Shown one piece after another: positions 1 to 8,902 of a stretch of DNA of 64,000 nucleotides (the first letter of the stretch is position 1; each line of letters starts with the position of its first letter). The stretch lies in assembly GCA_035257485.1 (NCBI GenBank), contig DATEWZ010000092.1, positions 4,399 to 68,398 on the forward strand. Direction: 5' to 3'. Source of the DNA: Chthoniobacterales bacterium. GTDB lineage: Bacteria; Verrucomicrobiota; Verrucomicrobiia; Chthoniobacterales; UBA10450. The notes under the pieces are model-generated. The model worked only from the letters and a program-made list of their open reading frames with translations, ran no database searches and had not been told where the DNA came from. A program made the translations under genes and the position numbers.

Positions 1-156
1 GTCGTTCTCGGAATTCAAGGCGGCAATATTCCGCTTCTTGTTCTCACCTTGGGCGTGACCATGATCACCTTCAGCAGCGGCAAAACCAACGTGTTGCAGG
101 GATGCGTTCATCTGCTGCTTTTCGCGGTTTTTTTGCTGCTGATCTTCGCTCCCTAA
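1..156 (+). CDS. 3' end of a cation/proton antiporter (CaCA/ChaA-like); 5' part lies outside the window
   Basis: Frame 1 is open from nt 1 to TAA at 154-156. The product ends ...ITFSSGKTNVLQGCVHLLLFAVFLLLIFAP, a terminal TM helix resembling the C-terminus of Ca2+/H+ exchangers. No start codon lies in the window, so it is absent from the ORF track. Confidence 0.5.
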   Translation, partial: VVLGIQGGNIPLLVLTLGVTMITFSSGKTNVLQGCVHLLLFAVFLLLIFAP

Positions 157-162
157 AACTCG

Positions 163-1077
163 CTACGCTGACGATGTCGATTTTCGTTCGATGATGACGA
201 GGAAAATCCCGCCGAGAACGGCGATCGACGCGATGATGTAACGCAGACTAATTGGCTCGCTGAGAAGGAGGATTCCTCCGGTCGCGACAAGAACGGGCGC
301 GCTCAATTGCACAACCGCCGCGCTCGTAGCTTTGATTTGCGGCAGCACCGTGTACCAAATCACATAACCGAGACCGGAAGTGATTGCGCCGGAAATGGCG
401 GCGTACGCAATGCCTAAAGCGTCGAGCTGCATTTGGCGCATCGCCAGGACGCTGACGAGCGCGGCGAATGGAACTGCGCGCAGAAAATTTCCCGTGGTCG
501 CGGCGATTGCGTCGCTCGCTCCTTTACCACGGATCGAATAAACGCCCCAGGCCAGGCCGGCGCTTAGCATCAGAATCGAACCGAGTAACGGCGGCGCTGA
601 GATTCCTGGAAAGACGAGGACAACGAGTCCACCGATCGCGATGATGAGACCCTCAATTTGAATTGCATCGAGTCGTTCGCCTTTCTGAAATCCCCAGAGG
701 ATCATCGTTGCCTGGACCGCGCCGAACAAAAGCAGCGCGCCAGTGCCCGCCGCGAGCGTGTTGTAAGCAAAGGAGAACGCAGCCGCGTAAGCGAACAGCG
801 CGAGCGCGGAGATCCAGTCGCCGCTCTCAAGTGACGAGTGACGTGTGACGGGTGACGAGCGAGCAGAACTATCAACTAAAGGCGCAGCCGTTCTATCAAC
901 TCTCAACCCTCTTGTTTGGAGAATTAGCCAGAGCGTGATCGCGCCTGAAAAAATGCGAACGAAAGTGAATGTCGCGGCGTCGATGCCAGTGTCGCGAAGC
1001 GCGGCGCGACAAAGGAGCGAGTTGCTCGCGAACGCGATCATCGCGAGCAGCGTGAGAATGAAGACGCGCGCTCTCAT
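163..1077 (-). CDS. EamA/DMT-family transporter
   Basis: 304-aa ORF with about 10 hydrophobic helices in two homologous halves, typical of the DMT superfamily. It carries an atypically long TM2-TM3 loop (RTAAPLVDSSARSSPVTRHSSLES) encoded by a heptamer repeat. Confidence 0.85.
   Translation of the reverse strand: MRARVFILTLLAMIAFASNSLLCRAALRDTGIDAATFTFVRIFSGAITLWLILQTRGLRVDRTAAPLVDSSARSSPVTRHSSLESGDWISALALFAYAAAFSFAYNTLAAGTGALLLFGAVQATMILWGFQKGERLDAIQIEGLIIAIGGLVVLVFPGISAPPLLGSILMLSAGLAWGVYSIRGKGASDAIAATTGNFLRAVPFAALVSVLAMRQMQLDALGIAYAAISGAITSGLGYVIWYTVLPQIKATSAAVVQLSAPVLVATGGILLLSEPISLRYIIASIAVLGGIFLVIIERKSTSSA
831..858. repeat. (GTGACGN)x4 tandem heptamer array lying in-frame inside the DMT transporter CDS
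   Basis: Direct read: GTGACGA GTGACGT GTGACGG GTGACGA. The same word array occurs intergenically at 18073-18100 and, inverted, at 28967-28987. Confidence 0.85.
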
Positions 1078-1090
1078 GCAAACGGCGTTG

Positions 1091-1513
1091 TCACTCGGCG
1101 TCGAATTTTGGTTTCTTGGATGATGTGCGTTTGTAGGTGCCGTCGGCCCTCACGTTGAATCCAAAACCGCACATCCCGTCTTGCGTCACGACTAATTTAC
1201 CGCCGGTGAACTTGAGCGTGATCTTGCATTCCTCTTCCGCGCCGTCCGGTTTGAAGGTCGCGGTATCGCCTTCGATTTTCGCAATTCCGCTGCCTTCGCC
1301 GGTATTGGCTGTTCGCTCGCCATTCCCGGTCTTGTATTCGTAAACTCCGGAGAACTCGATCTGCAATTTCTGTTGTCCGAGCGCCAGAATTTTGAATTCG
1401 TTGTTCCGATATTGCCAGGTTCCGTTCACTTGCGCGGCGGTCACCTCGTTTCCCGCCTCGACTCGCGCGATGATGGTGGCGCAGGCCGCGAGCGCGAACA
1501 GCATTTGTCTCAT
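1091..1513 (-). CDS. secreted hypothetical protein
   Basis: 140-aa ORF with an N-terminal signal peptide (MRQMLFALAACATIIARVEA). No family recognised. Confidence 0.6.
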   Translation of the reverse strand: MRQMLFALAACATIIARVEAGNEVTAAQVNGTWQYRNNEFKILALGQQKLQIEFSGVYEYKTGNGERTANTGEGSGIAKIEGDTATFKPDGAEEECKITLKFTGGKLVVTQDGMCGFGFNVRADGTYKRTSSKKPKFDAE

Positions 1514-1528
1514 AACATCGACATCGAA

Positions 1529-2266
1529 CTATTTCGCAGGCGAGATGAGGTAGATCACGTGAGCCTCTTGGCTGATGCTAACAGGTGCGAGGCGATATTC
1601 TGGCGGTGGTTCCGCTCGCGCCGCCGCCTCGGAGCCGCGGACACCTAGTCTGGTGATTTCGCCGAAAATCTTGCCTTCTATCTCTGCTGGGGAGATCGGT
1701 GTAACGGCGAATACAGCATCGATCTTCAGGTTCATTGGCTTGAGACTCTTTTCGGCCTTCGCGCGAGCATCTGCGAGAGCTTTGTCCCATAATTGCTCCT
1801 GTAGCTCCTTCTCTTTACTAAGGCCGCCCTCGACGCCTGAAAATTCCGCACCTTGAACACGAATCAGTTCGTCAGCGAGCTTAGGAAACGTCGCAACATC
1901 TCGGATCTTTATCTCAAAAGGGCGCGTCACTTTATAGCCAACAAGTTTGCCGTGGCCGCGTGAGTAGCCTTCCTCCTGCTCGAATTCGGGCTCGGAGCGA
2001 AGGTCTTCCGCAATAACATCGTTGTCCGCGATCTTTCGCTCCTTCAGCAAAGCGAAGATCTTGTTTGCTTTTGATTGCACGTCTTCGTTCGCTTTTGCTT
2101 GCTCAGGCGCGCGGCCGACGAGATCGAACTTGAGCGTCACGACGTCCGGTGACTTTTGCATTTCCGCTTTGCCCACCACGTAAATGTACGGTTTGTCCGG
2201 CACCCCGCCTTCGGCGAAGAGTGAAGTTGGAAGAACCAGCAGGAGGGAAAGAAGTAAACATTTCAT
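1529..2266 (-). CDS. periplasmic SIMPL/DUF541-like protein
   Basis: 245 aa with signal peptide MKCLLLSLLLVLPTSLFA. Size and alternating beta/alpha pattern resemble SIMPL-domain proteins. Family call is from memory only. Confidence 0.55.
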   Translation of the reverse strand: MKCLLLSLLLVLPTSLFAEGGVPDKPYIYVVGKAEMQKSPDVVTLKFDLVGRAPEQAKANEDVQSKANKIFALLKERKIADNDVIAEDLRSEPEFEQEEGYSRGHGKLVGYKVTRPFEIKIRDVATFPKLADELIRVQGAEFSGVEGGLSKEKELQEQLWDKALADARAKAEKSLKPMNLKIDAVFAVTPISPAEIEGKIFGEITRLGVRGSEAAARAEPPPEYRLAPVSISQEAHVIYLISPAK

Positions 2267-2312
2267 ACTTACGAGCGTGAACTAAGCGAAGCAGATCGAC
2301 AAGAACGGAGGC

Positions 2313-3692
2313 TCAAGTCGCGGCCGGTTTCTCGTCGGTCGGCGCGAGGAGATGACCGAAAATCTTGCCGGCGAGAAGAAAGATGATGCCCGCGACGCCG
2401 GCCAAGGCCGCGTGCAACAGCCAGAACCTCGGCGCCGGCATTGTTTCGAGGAAGCCGCCGATCCAGCCGACAAGGTTGTTGGCCGCGAAAAACGCCAAGT
2501 AATAAATTCCAATGATCGTCGCCGAGAGCGCGGCGGGAGCGACACGCGCGTAAAGGGCAAGTGAGACCGGAAACACGTTGGCGAATCCCGCGCTATTCAA
2601 AACGTGAAACGCAATCAGCCAGCCGATCGAAACATTTTTGCCAGTCTGGGCGGCGATGGTGGATCCGATGAAGAGCGAAAGCATTCCGGCCACGGCGATC
2701 AGACTGCCAATCGCGATCTTCATGATCTCCGCCGGTTCCCGGAATTTTTTCGCCCACAAGCGCCAAAACACGACCGCGATGAAAAGGAAACTGACCGAAA
2801 TGATCGAGTCGAGCGTGATCAACCACGTGGTCGGCATTTTCTTTCCGAAAAACGTGAGATCGGCGTGGTCCTGCGCCCAAACCAGATAAGCGTTGAAGAT
2901 TTGCTGATTGGGAATGATCGAGATGGTGAGAACCGGCAGGAGCACCAGCAAAATGACGATCGCCATTTTTTCCTGACGCATCAGCTTCGGTTTGGCGGCA
3001 TGTGCCGCTTTCTCTTCAACGACCGGCGAGTCCGGCGGCAGATATTTTCGGCCTAACAAATAGATCGCGAGACCGATCAACATTCCGACTCCGGCGGCAT
3101 CGAAGCCCCAGGCCCAGCCGACTTTTTCGCCGAGCGTGCCCGCGATGAGCGGCGCGGCAATGACGCCGGCGTTGATGAAGATGTAATAGATTTGAAACGC
3201 GTCCGCGCGGCGGTTGTCACCCGTCGCGTAGAGCGATCCGACCTGGCTGGCGAGATTGCCTTTGAAACAACCAACGCCGACCAAAAGGCAGACGAGTCCC
3301 AAAAGAAAGCTCACATCGAGCCCGACCAAAAATTGTCCGACTGCCATGAGACACGCGCCGATGGTGATGGTGAGGGTTCGACCGAGCCAGCGATCCGCGA
3401 TTAATCCGCCGATGATTGGCGTTAGATAAACCAGACCGGTGTAGAGACCGAAGATGGTCGAAGCGAGTGGTTGAACGTCGAGCGGTCCACGCATCCTTTC
3501 GAGCAAATGGCGAAGCGGACCAAAGCCGGCGATGTGTTCGATGTGGCCGGGATGCAGGACATAATTGACCATGAACAGCACCAGGAGCGCCTGCATTCCG
3601 TAATAGGAAAATCGCTCCCACGCTTCGGTGAACGCGATGTAACCGAGCCCGCGCGGATGTCCGAGAAAACTGCGGTCCTCTGGATTGTGCAT
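2313..3692 (-). CDS. POT/PTR2-family di-/tripeptide:proton symporter
   Basis: The N-terminal FLGHPRGLGYIAFTEAWERFSYYGMQALLVLFM is the PTR2 signature. 459 aa polytopic membrane protein. Confidence 0.9.
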   Translation of the reverse strand: MHNPEDRSFLGHPRGLGYIAFTEAWERFSYYGMQALLVLFMVNYVLHPGHIEHIAGFGPLRHLLERMRGPLDVQPLASTIFGLYTGLVYLTPIIGGLIADRWLGRTLTITIGACLMAVGQFLVGLDVSFLLGLVCLLVGVGCFKGNLASQVGSLYATGDNRRADAFQIYYIFINAGVIAAPLIAGTLGEKVGWAWGFDAAGVGMLIGLAIYLLGRKYLPPDSPVVEEKAAHAAKPKLMRQEKMAIVILLVLLPVLTISIIPNQQIFNAYLVWAQDHADLTFFGKKMPTTWLITLDSIISVSFLFIAVVFWRLWAKKFREPAEIMKIAIGSLIAVAGMLSLFIGSTIAAQTGKNVSIGWLIAFHVLNSAGFANVFPVSLALYARVAPAALSATIIGIYYLAFFAANNLVGWIGGFLETMPAPRFWLLHAALAGVAGIIFLLAGKIFGHLLAPTDEKPAAT

Positions 3693-3813
3693 TTAGCGAA
3701 AATTAGAATGGAGCAATGGGAATTGCGACATAGAAGGTAAAGCTGCGAGGGTAGCAGCGAGCGAGCATGGGAAGCGAGCGAGTTTCAAAGTAGAAAACCG
3801 CGAAAGACGACCG

Positions 3814-4530
3814 ATGTTATCGACGACCATGAAACTTCCAGCAATCAAGGAGCGCAAAAGAATTCCGTCGCCGACAGTCACACCGCAAGCATTGGCTTGG
3901 GACGGCAAACAACTTTGGGTCAGCTCGCGCGATCTCGGTTTTATTTTCAAACTCAACTCCGACGGGTCGAAAATTGTCGAGGAAGTTGATCCACCGGGAG
4001 TCGTTTGGGCGGCGGTGGCGACGAATGGCGCATTGCAGGTCACGATCGGCAAAGGCACGAACGACGACCGCTACGTTTATCGTTACGACGCAAAAAGCGG
4101 CTTCACGAAACTGTTTGCCTGCCCGGATCTCACCGGTTCGTATGTGAGTTACGACGGAAAGAATCTTTACCTGAGCCAATGGTATCAGCAGCGCATTTTA
4201 AAAATGGATAAGGATGGCAAGATCGTCGGAAAGATTGGCATAGGCGCAGAAATTTGCGGTCACACATTTGCCAACGGCGCGCTTTACGTGTTACGCGGAA
4301 CGGAAAACGTCCCGCGTCCGCAGTACGCCAATGGTCCGGCGACGGCGGAGCGATTCCGAAGTGGAGCGAAGCCGGGAGAAGAACAGTGGTGGATCGCGCG
4401 CGTCGACACTGCCGGCGTTGCCGACGTTGCGAAGGTCCCGTTTGCGGCGCGCTCGTTAACGTTCGACGGAGAAAATTTTTGGTCGAACCATCGCGCGGCC
4501 AATGAAACGATCTGTTTCTCGCTGAGCTAA
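3814..4530 (+). CDS. beta-propeller-like hypothetical protein (glutaminyl-cyclase-like repeats)
   Basis: Repeated blade-like motifs: AWDGKQLWVSSRD, SYDGKNLYLSQW, FDGENFWSN. 238 aa. Confidence 0.5.
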   Translation: MLSTTMKLPAIKERKRIPSPTVTPQALAWDGKQLWVSSRDLGFIFKLNSDGSKIVEEVDPPGVVWAAVATNGALQVTIGKGTNDDRYVYRYDAKSGFTKLFACPDLTGSYVSYDGKNLYLSQWYQQRILKMDKDGKIVGKIGIGAEICGHTFANGALYVLRGTENVPRPQYANGPATAERFRSGAKPGEEQWWIARVDTAGVADVAKVPFAARSLTFDGENFWSNHRAANETICFSLS

Positions 4531-4531
4531 A

Positions 4532-4915
4532 TCAGGGACTCAAAATTCCCGCGAAGCGGGCCCGGTAGCTCCAGATCAGGAAAATCTCGAGCACGGCCAC
4601 GACGATGCCTGGTCCGATCCCGGCCGGCGCCATCAGAATATGAATCACCAGGATGTTGAAGATCATACCGGCCAGCATTGTTAAGGCGAGCGGAACAAAA
4701 CGGCCGATCAACAATAGCAATCCAGCCAGGAGTTGAACGCCGCCGATCACGTGGGCCCAGCCGCTCGTCGTGAATACCTTAAAGAAATCGGCCGCGAGTC
4801 CTGGCTCTGGCGGCGGTTGGGGAATGAAGTTGAGAAAGAAGTTCAACCCAAACACGGTAAACGCGAGGCCAAGAAGCAAACGCGCGATGATGGTGGCGAT
4901 TTTCATGGCGCGCAC
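4532..4915 (-). CDS. DoxX-like small membrane protein
   Basis: 127 aa with four hydrophobic helices. The pattern ARLLLGLAFTVFGLNFF...GGVQLLAGLLLLIGRF is typical of the DoxX family. Confidence 0.65.
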   Translation of the reverse strand: MRAMKIATIIARLLLGLAFTVFGLNFFLNFIPQPPPEPGLAADFFKVFTTSGWAHVIGGVQLLAGLLLLIGRFVPLALTMLAGMIFNILVIHILMAPAGIGPGIVVAVLEIFLIWSYRARFAGILSP

Positions 4916-4987
4916 GTTATCAAATCAGAGCGGAGAAGAAAGAATTAAGAAATCGTCGCGTCGAGATTTCTGAGTAAGGTCGAGATC

Positions 4988-5692
4988 ATGCGCATCAGCG
5001 AGATGAATTGGATGATGGTGGAAGAGTATTTGAAGCGCGACGATCGTTGTGTGCTGCCGCTCGGCAGCACGGAGCAACACGCGTATCTCAGCTTGAGCGT
5101 GGACAGTATTCTTGCGGAACGTCTCGCTACTGAAGTCGGCGAACTTGCGAAGGTGCCGGTCTTTCCGGTCCAGCCATACGGAATCACGCCCTACTTCCGC
5201 GCCTTTCCTGGAACGATCACGCTGCGGGTGCAAACTTTTCTCTCGATCGTCCGGGAGATTCTCGATGGGCTGTGCGAGCAGGGATTCAAGCGCATCTTGA
5301 TCGTGAATGGTCACGGCGGAAACGCGCCGGCGCGGAATTTGGCCGGCGAATGGATCGCAGACCATCCGGGCGTGCGCGTAAAGTTTCATGATTGGTGGAA
5401 CGCGCCGAAAACCTGGGCGCAGGTCACGGCGATCGATCCGGTAGCGTCCCACGCCTCGTGGATGGAAAATTTTCCGTGGACGCGGTTGCCGAAAATCAAA
5501 ATGCCGACCGGACAAAAGCCGGAAGTGGACATGAATCACCTTCGCCAGCTGGATTCCAAAGCGCTCCGCGCGTATCTGAAGGATGGGAACTGGGGCGGCG
5601 TTTATCAGCGAAGCGATGAAGAAATGATGAAAATCTGGGGTGTCGCCGTCCAAGAAACATTAGAGTTGTTGGACAACGACTGGGCGAAATGA
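4988..5692 (+). CDS. creatininase-family amidohydrolase
   Basis: Motifs LPLGSTEQHA and ILIVNGHGGN are characteristic of the creatinine amidohydrolase family. Confidence 0.85.
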   Translation: MRISEMNWMMVEEYLKRDDRCVLPLGSTEQHAYLSLSVDSILAERLATEVGELAKVPVFPVQPYGITPYFRAFPGTITLRVQTFLSIVREILDGLCEQGFKRILIVNGHGGNAPARNLAGEWIADHPGVRVKFHDWWNAPKTWAQVTAIDPVASHASWMENFPWTRLPKIKMPTGQKPEVDMNHLRQLDSKALRAYLKDGNWGGVYQRSDEEMMKIWGVAVQETLELLDNDWAK

Positions 5693-6171
5693 AAAAGGCG
5701 CGACGGCTTTGGCGAAAGGGACTCGTTTTGACAATATCGATCTTATTGATCGGTGCGGAGACTGTCCCGGCCGAACCAGGACCGTTCGAGAAATTTTTTC
5801 GTAGCGTCAAGCGGGCGTTCACCGGGCCCCAGCAGCCGCAGCACAAATCAACGCGTCACAGCGGTCACAAGCAATCGACATCCACCGAAAACCCCTCGAC
5901 TACCGCATCAAACAACCAGACTCAGGGATCGAATACTCCTGATGCGAGCGCGAGTGGGCTCGGCGCGCCAAATCAACAGAATACCCGAACGGCCAGCCGC
6001 GCGACCTCTAAAAAAGGAGACGATCTTCCCTACGGAACGCCCGTGCCCGGCAAACAAGGTTTTGTGATGAGTCCTTTCTCGCCCAACAGCGGTTACATCG
6101 ATGTGCGCGGTTTTGCGCCCGGCACACCGGTGAAAGATCCTTACACCGGAAAAGTTTTTCTCACGCCGTAG
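5689..6171 (+). CDS. membrane-anchored/secreted low-complexity protein
   Basis: ATGA overlap with the upstream gene. N-terminal hydrophobic segment, S/T/N/Q-rich linker, conserved-looking C-terminal GFVMSPFSPNSGYIDVRGFAPGTPVKDPYTGKVF. Confidence 0.6.
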   Translation: MKKARRLWRKGLVLTISILLIGAETVPAEPGPFEKFFRSVKRAFTGPQQPQHKSTRHSGHKQSTSTENPSTTASNNQTQGSNTPDASASGLGAPNQQNTRTASRATSKKGDDLPYGTPVPGKQGFVMSPFSPNSGYIDVRGFAPGTPVKDPYTGKVFLTP

Positions 6172-6241
6172 AGCGGGAGCGCGGAGCCACGAGCGCGCAG
6201 ACGATTTGAAATTTCGCGCGACGGCGTAAAATGCGAGCAGC

Positions 6242-6775
6242 ATGCCGAAATATCTTGTCGTCAGTACCAGCGGAAATCCCGACAGCAACAGCCGCCGGAT
6301 GGGACGCGTGGCGTTCAAGCATCTACAAAAGCGCAAAGTCGATTGCGAGTGGATCGACCTCAGCGAGCTGGACCTGCCGCTCTGCGACGCGGACAAATGT
6401 TATCTCAATCCAGCGGCGCAAAAGTTGAACAAAGCGATTGAATCGGCGGACGGGATCATGATTGCGGCGCCGGTTTACAATTACGACGTGGCGGCGGCGG
6501 CGAAGAACATGATCGAGCTCACCGGCAGTTCGTGGGAAGAAAAAGTGGTTGGCTTTCTTTGCGCGGCCGGCGGAGATAGCAGCTACATGGCGGTGATGGC
6601 TTACGCGAACAGCCTGATGCTCGATTTTCGGACGATCATCGTTCCGCGGTTCGTTTATGCAACCGGCGACGCGTTCGACGGCGACGAAGTGACGGACAAA
6701 AAGGTTGCGTCGCGAATCGAGCAGGCCGCTGACGAGTTAGTTCGATTTACACAGGCACTGCGCGGCGGCCGTTGA
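6242..6775 (+). CDS. NAD(P)H-dependent FMN reductase-family oxidoreductase
   Basis: 177 aa. Flavodoxin-like pattern YLVVSTSGNPDS...ADGIMIAAPVYNYDVAAAAKNMIEL. Confidence 0.8.
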   Translation: MPKYLVVSTSGNPDSNSRRMGRVAFKHLQKRKVDCEWIDLSELDLPLCDADKCYLNPAAQKLNKAIESADGIMIAAPVYNYDVAAAAKNMIELTGSSWEEKVVGFLCAAGGDSSYMAVMAYANSLMLDFRTIIVPRFVYATGDAFDGDEVTDKKVASRIEQAADELVRFTQALRGGR

Positions 6776-6844
6776 TCTCGATCCATTCGACTCGCTCAGG
6801 ACAGGCCTTGTGGAATTGCTGGCTCGCATGCTAAAGATCACAAC

Positions 6845-7564
6845 GTGCGCTCCCTCCAGATTATTGCGATTGTCTTTGCCCTAAGCGCGGTTTCGGCACG
6901 CGGAATGGAATTGAGCGACTTTGTCGGCGGTCGCGGTCGCAATTGGGACGCAATCAAAGTCCTGGAACAGGGAGACGCGGAGATGCGGGCCGGCAATTTT
7001 CAAACTGCTCGTCGCGACTTCGATAGCGCGATCCGAAGCGACCCAACTTTGTGGGTGGCAATTTTTTGGCGCGCGAGATTATCAGCCGGGGAGCGTAAAT
7101 GGCAGGAAGTGATCCGTGATTGCAATGAAGTTTTGCGTCAGGAATCAACTTTTGTGGAGGCAGCGGTCTTGCGAGCGAGTGCGAACAGGCACCTCGGAAA
7201 TTATTCGGCGAGTTTACGGGACCTGGACAACGTGATTCGTCTGCAACCCGTGAGGATCGAGGCCTTCGCCTTCGCGCTGGACACGCGAGCCTGGATTCGC
7301 GCAACGTGTCCCGATCCTTCCTTGCGCAATGGAAAACTCGCGATCACTGACGCGACGAAAGCGTGCAACATGATCAAGTGGCAAAGCTCGGGAATGATCG
7401 ATACGCTCGCGGCGGCTTACGCCGAGTCGGGCGACTATGATTCGGCAATTCGTTATCAGGAGAAAGCGATGAACGCTGCGGGTGCTGGGCAGAATTCCCG
7501 GGAGCTGCAGGATCACATGGCGTTGTTCAAACAACACCGTCCCGTCAGATCGTCCGGGAAATAA
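6845..7564 (+). CDS. secreted TPR-repeat protein
   Basis: Signal peptide followed by several 34-aa TPR-like units (e.g. GNFQTARRDFDSAIRSDP, GDYDSAIRYQEKAMN). Confidence 0.75.
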   Translation: MRSLQIIAIVFALSAVSARGMELSDFVGGRGRNWDAIKVLEQGDAEMRAGNFQTARRDFDSAIRSDPTLWVAIFWRARLSAGERKWQEVIRDCNEVLRQESTFVEAAVLRASANRHLGNYSASLRDLDNVIRLQPVRIEAFAFALDTRAWIRATCPDPSLRNGKLAITDATKACNMIKWQSSGMIDTLAAAYAESGDYDSAIRYQEKAMNAAGAGQNSRELQDHMALFKQHRPVRSSGK

Positions 7565-7568
7565 AGAA

Positions 7569-7644
7569 GCAAGGCCTTCGCTATCTTGCCCTGGTGAGAC
7601 GTAATTCCGTCGGACTGTCGTAACGGAACTAACGAAAGCCTTGC
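7569..7644 (+). other. 76-nt nested stem-loop just downstream of the TPR gene
   Basis: GCAAGGCCTTCG (7569-7580) pairs with CGAAAGCCTTGC (7633-7644) with one mismatch. An inner hairpin joins TTCCGT (7605-7610) and ACGGAA (7623-7628). Confidence 0.35.
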
Positions 7645-7720
7645 CTAAGAAGTATTCGCGCCTACTCGATAGATCACGCTGGTCTTTTTTTTGCGACTTC
7701 CGTCTCAGGTCAAAACAAAA

Positions 7721-8305
7721 CTAAGCTGCCGTGCCCGCCAGGCCGAGTCGAGCGGCGTCGGACTTGAGGGCGGCGATCACATTGGTGATCACTTCTTCGA
7801 GCGGCATGCCGAGTTGTTCCACGCCGTGAACGATCTCTTCGCGGTTGACCGCGCGGGCGAACGCCTTGTCTTTCATTTTCTTCTTCACTGAAGAAAGTTC
7901 AACGTCGTTGATGTTCTTGCTTGGCCGGACGAGCGTGACCGCGACGACAAAGCCGCTGAGTTCGTCGACCGCGCGCAACGTTTTCTCCATCTGACTTTCT
8001 GGAACAACGCCAGAATAATCGGCGTGGGAAAGAATCGCGTGGCAAACTTCTTCGCTCCAACCGTTCTCGCGCAGCCATTTCACGCCGACGAAGGGATGAC
8101 CTTCTGTTGCGCTGCGTTCGAGGTTCGGATGCTTTTCGTAATCCATGTCGTGCAAAAGTCCGACCGCCTCCCAAAGATCGACATCTTCGCCGCGAAGTTG
8201 TGCGAAATGTTTCATCGAATCCGCCACCGCGTAGCAATGCTTGCGCAAGCTTTCGGATTTCACCCATTCGTGAAGGATCGACAACGCGCGTTCAGCCTGG
8301 CTCAT
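7721..8305 (-). CDS. HD-domain (HDIG-like) phosphohydrolase
   Basis: KHCYAVADSM...GLLHDMDYEKHP contains the H...HD motif. 194 aa. Confidence 0.8.
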   Translation of the reverse strand: MSQAERALSILHEWVKSESLRKHCYAVADSMKHFAQLRGEDVDLWEAVGLLHDMDYEKHPNLERSATEGHPFVGVKWLRENGWSEEVCHAILSHADYSGVVPESQMEKTLRAVDELSGFVVAVTLVRPSKNINDVELSSVKKKMKDKAFARAVNREEIVHGVEQLGMPLEEVITNVIAALKSDAARLGLAGTAA

Positions 8306-8309
8306 GAAA

Positions 8310-8337
8310 GGATGAAGGATGAGGGATGAAGGATGAA
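8310..8337. repeat. (GGATGAR)x4 tandem heptamer array in the 5' leader of the HD-domain gene
   Basis: Direct read: GGATGAA GGATGAG GGATGAA GGATGAA, starting 5 nt from the start codon of the minus-strand gene. Confidence 0.85.
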
Positions 8338-8393
8338 AGGCCGAGAAAAAAACGCGCTGTGGGCAAGCCTTTTCAATTGCGAATCGATAAAAG

Positions 8394-8873
8394 ATGCGCG
8401 AACTGCTGTTCTATCACGGAATGAGACGCGCCTTGTGTATTGCGATGTTTGGCGTCCTAGCTGCCTCTGGCGCGCCCGAACTTTGTGCGCAAAAGAACCT
8501 CAAGCTGATTAAGGCGTTTTTGTCGACGAATAAAGAGCACACGCCGATGACGCAATTCTCTTCGGAGGTCCCGAAGATCAACGTCTTCTGGAAAGGCGAA
8601 GGGCTCGAGGTCGGCGATAAGATTCGTGCGGTTTTTGTCGCGGAAGACGTTGGCGAAGCCAATCCGAAAGAAACCAAAATCAGCGAGAAGGTGGTGATGG
8701 CTTTAAAGCAAAACCAGGAGAGTTCATTTTTTTTAGCGCGACCGGGCGGACGAACCTGGCCAATTGGCAAATACCGGCTCGATTTTTTTATCAATGATAA
8801 ACTCGCCCAAGTGGTGAAGTTCACCATCGCGCAGGGTCCGGCAATCGAGACTAAACCTCTCGGTTCGCCCTGA
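8394..8873 (+). CDS. secreted hypothetical protein
   Basis: 159 aa with an N-terminal hydrophobic signal-like segment (ALCIAMFGVLAASGA). No family recognised. Confidence 0.55.
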   Translation: MRELLFYHGMRRALCIAMFGVLAASGAPELCAQKNLKLIKAFLSTNKEHTPMTQFSSEVPKINVFWKGEGLEVGDKIRAVFVAEDVGEANPKETKISEKVVMALKQNQESSFFLARPGGRTWPIGKYRLDFFINDKLAQVVKFTIAQGPAIETKPLGSP

Positions 8874-8902
8874 CTTTTCAACGCCGCGACGTTGCGCTAG
8901 CT

